A stretch of 64,000 bases of DNA from Marsupella aquatica (Eukaryota; Plantae; Marchantiophyta), in contig OZ316898.1 in NCBI GenBank assembly GCA_973895155.1, forward strand, positions 13,360,330-13,424,329. The letters run 5' to 3'. Shown piece after piece: positions 63,066-64,000 of the stretch (position 1 is the first letter of the stretch; the number at the start of each line of letters is the position of its first letter). The notes under the pieces are model-generated. The model was not told where the DNA came from, ran no database searches, and saw nothing but the letters and a program-made list of their open reading frames with translations. A program made the position numbers and the translations under genes.

Positions 63066-63948
63066 TCATGTTGCCCCAGCTGAGAAAGCTTGTAGTAGGT
63101 CAGAGAAGCTAGGCGACATGGCCCATGTTTGACTAGTTCCTATGTGAATGTTCCCAATCACTTGCGATTGGAATGGAGTTAATGTTGACTCAAGGCTGCC
63201 GATTGTGAACATCCTTCTTTTACAGCCTCTAGCGGATATGGTGGACAAGCACGATTCTTCCTCGGGCGAGCTGCTTTACCTGGCTTGACAGTAGCATTGG
63301 AGGCAGCATGACCCTTTGACATGTTTTTGTTGGCTCTCTTTGATTGAGTCGTCGTAGCAGGCAATGATTTGCTCCCTACATTCAAAATGACTACATTGCC
63401 AACAATGAGCCAAATACAAGTGCAAGCAGAGGCATACAAGGGGCTGTAAACAAATTTAAATGTGCAGTGCACGCATCCCCTAAAGTCTTACCTTCTTTTG
63501 TGAAACCGGTTGTTGTTACTGCATTTAGCATGTCCTGCAGGGCGTCGACTGCCATCTTGTCAAATTTGCCTTGAAATGAAAGTGTTGTATCCTTCTTCTG
63601 AATGTGTAGTTTCTCTGGGGCACTCTGCACCATGACATGTTTCTTGACTTTGTCATGATCGCCCTTCCCTTTTCTCTTTCGTCTGCCCTTTGTCAGTTTG
63701 TCCACCCATCCAAGCTTCGCCACTGTTGTAACGTCCGACTCTTCATTCGGAACCATAGTCTCCGGCCTGGTCGAATCTGCTTCTAGCCTAGTGATGTTCT
63801 GTTGAGCCTCCCTAGTTTGCAATGATTCACACCAAGCCTTCAATTCCTTAAGAGCTTGGTTTGCTAGGGATGGCCTGTAAGAAATGGTGTCATAAGCATT
63901 TTTTAGAACGCATTGAAACTCATCCAATGGAGGGGACATAAGAACCAA
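63066..63948 (-). CDS. 3' exons of an unidentified (probably transposon) gene running off the window
   Basis: 185-aa ORF with a basic patch (RRKRKGK) and a GTAAG donor near 63490, followed by short Cys-containing segments. No family recognised. Confidence 0.3.
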
Positions 63949-64000
63949 ATCAGGTTGGGCCGGTTCGTCGTCTCGGAACTCCTCATCATCGTAGTGAAGA

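Noticed and set aside
1-64000. tRNA, rRNA or other structured RNA genes
   Set aside because: None recognised by eye; a tRNAscan-SE/Infernal run would be needed to exclude them.

Overview
Eukaryotic, plant-like heterochromatic DNA (GT-AG introns, plant transposon families; an early-diverging land plant is my inference) made almost entirely of nested transposons. A decayed CACTA/EnSpm element (CACTA-1, tnpD on the minus strand, spread over about 4.3-51.1 kb) is interrupted by three insertions. (i) A probable LTR-retrotransposon end at about 4282. (ii) A 25.1-kb DNA transposon (5708-30805; perfect 26-bp TIRs, 4-bp TSD GTAT) that itself contains a related 11.7-kb element (12327-24050; 25-bp TIRs, 4-bp TSD CCAA). 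(iii) A 16.6-kb CACTA-2 element with both termini and an open tnpD (32720-49270, TSD CAA) carrying EDM2-like PHD, tandem BRCT and F-box genes. Removing insertions (ii), the element nested in it, and (iii) restores the host reading frame. The most striking system is the pair of 4-bp-TSD (Sola-like, DUF7869-type transposase) elements. Each encodes an intron-containing ParB-like + beta-class N6A/N4C DNA-methyltransferase fusion, and each carries its own GAT..ATC palindrome, which I saw only inside its own TIRs. This suggests a transposon self-marking or anti-silencing system. CACTA-1 also appears to encode a SET-domain product by alternative splicing from the transposase 5' exon. Domain calls come from reading motifs by eye; no database searches were run.
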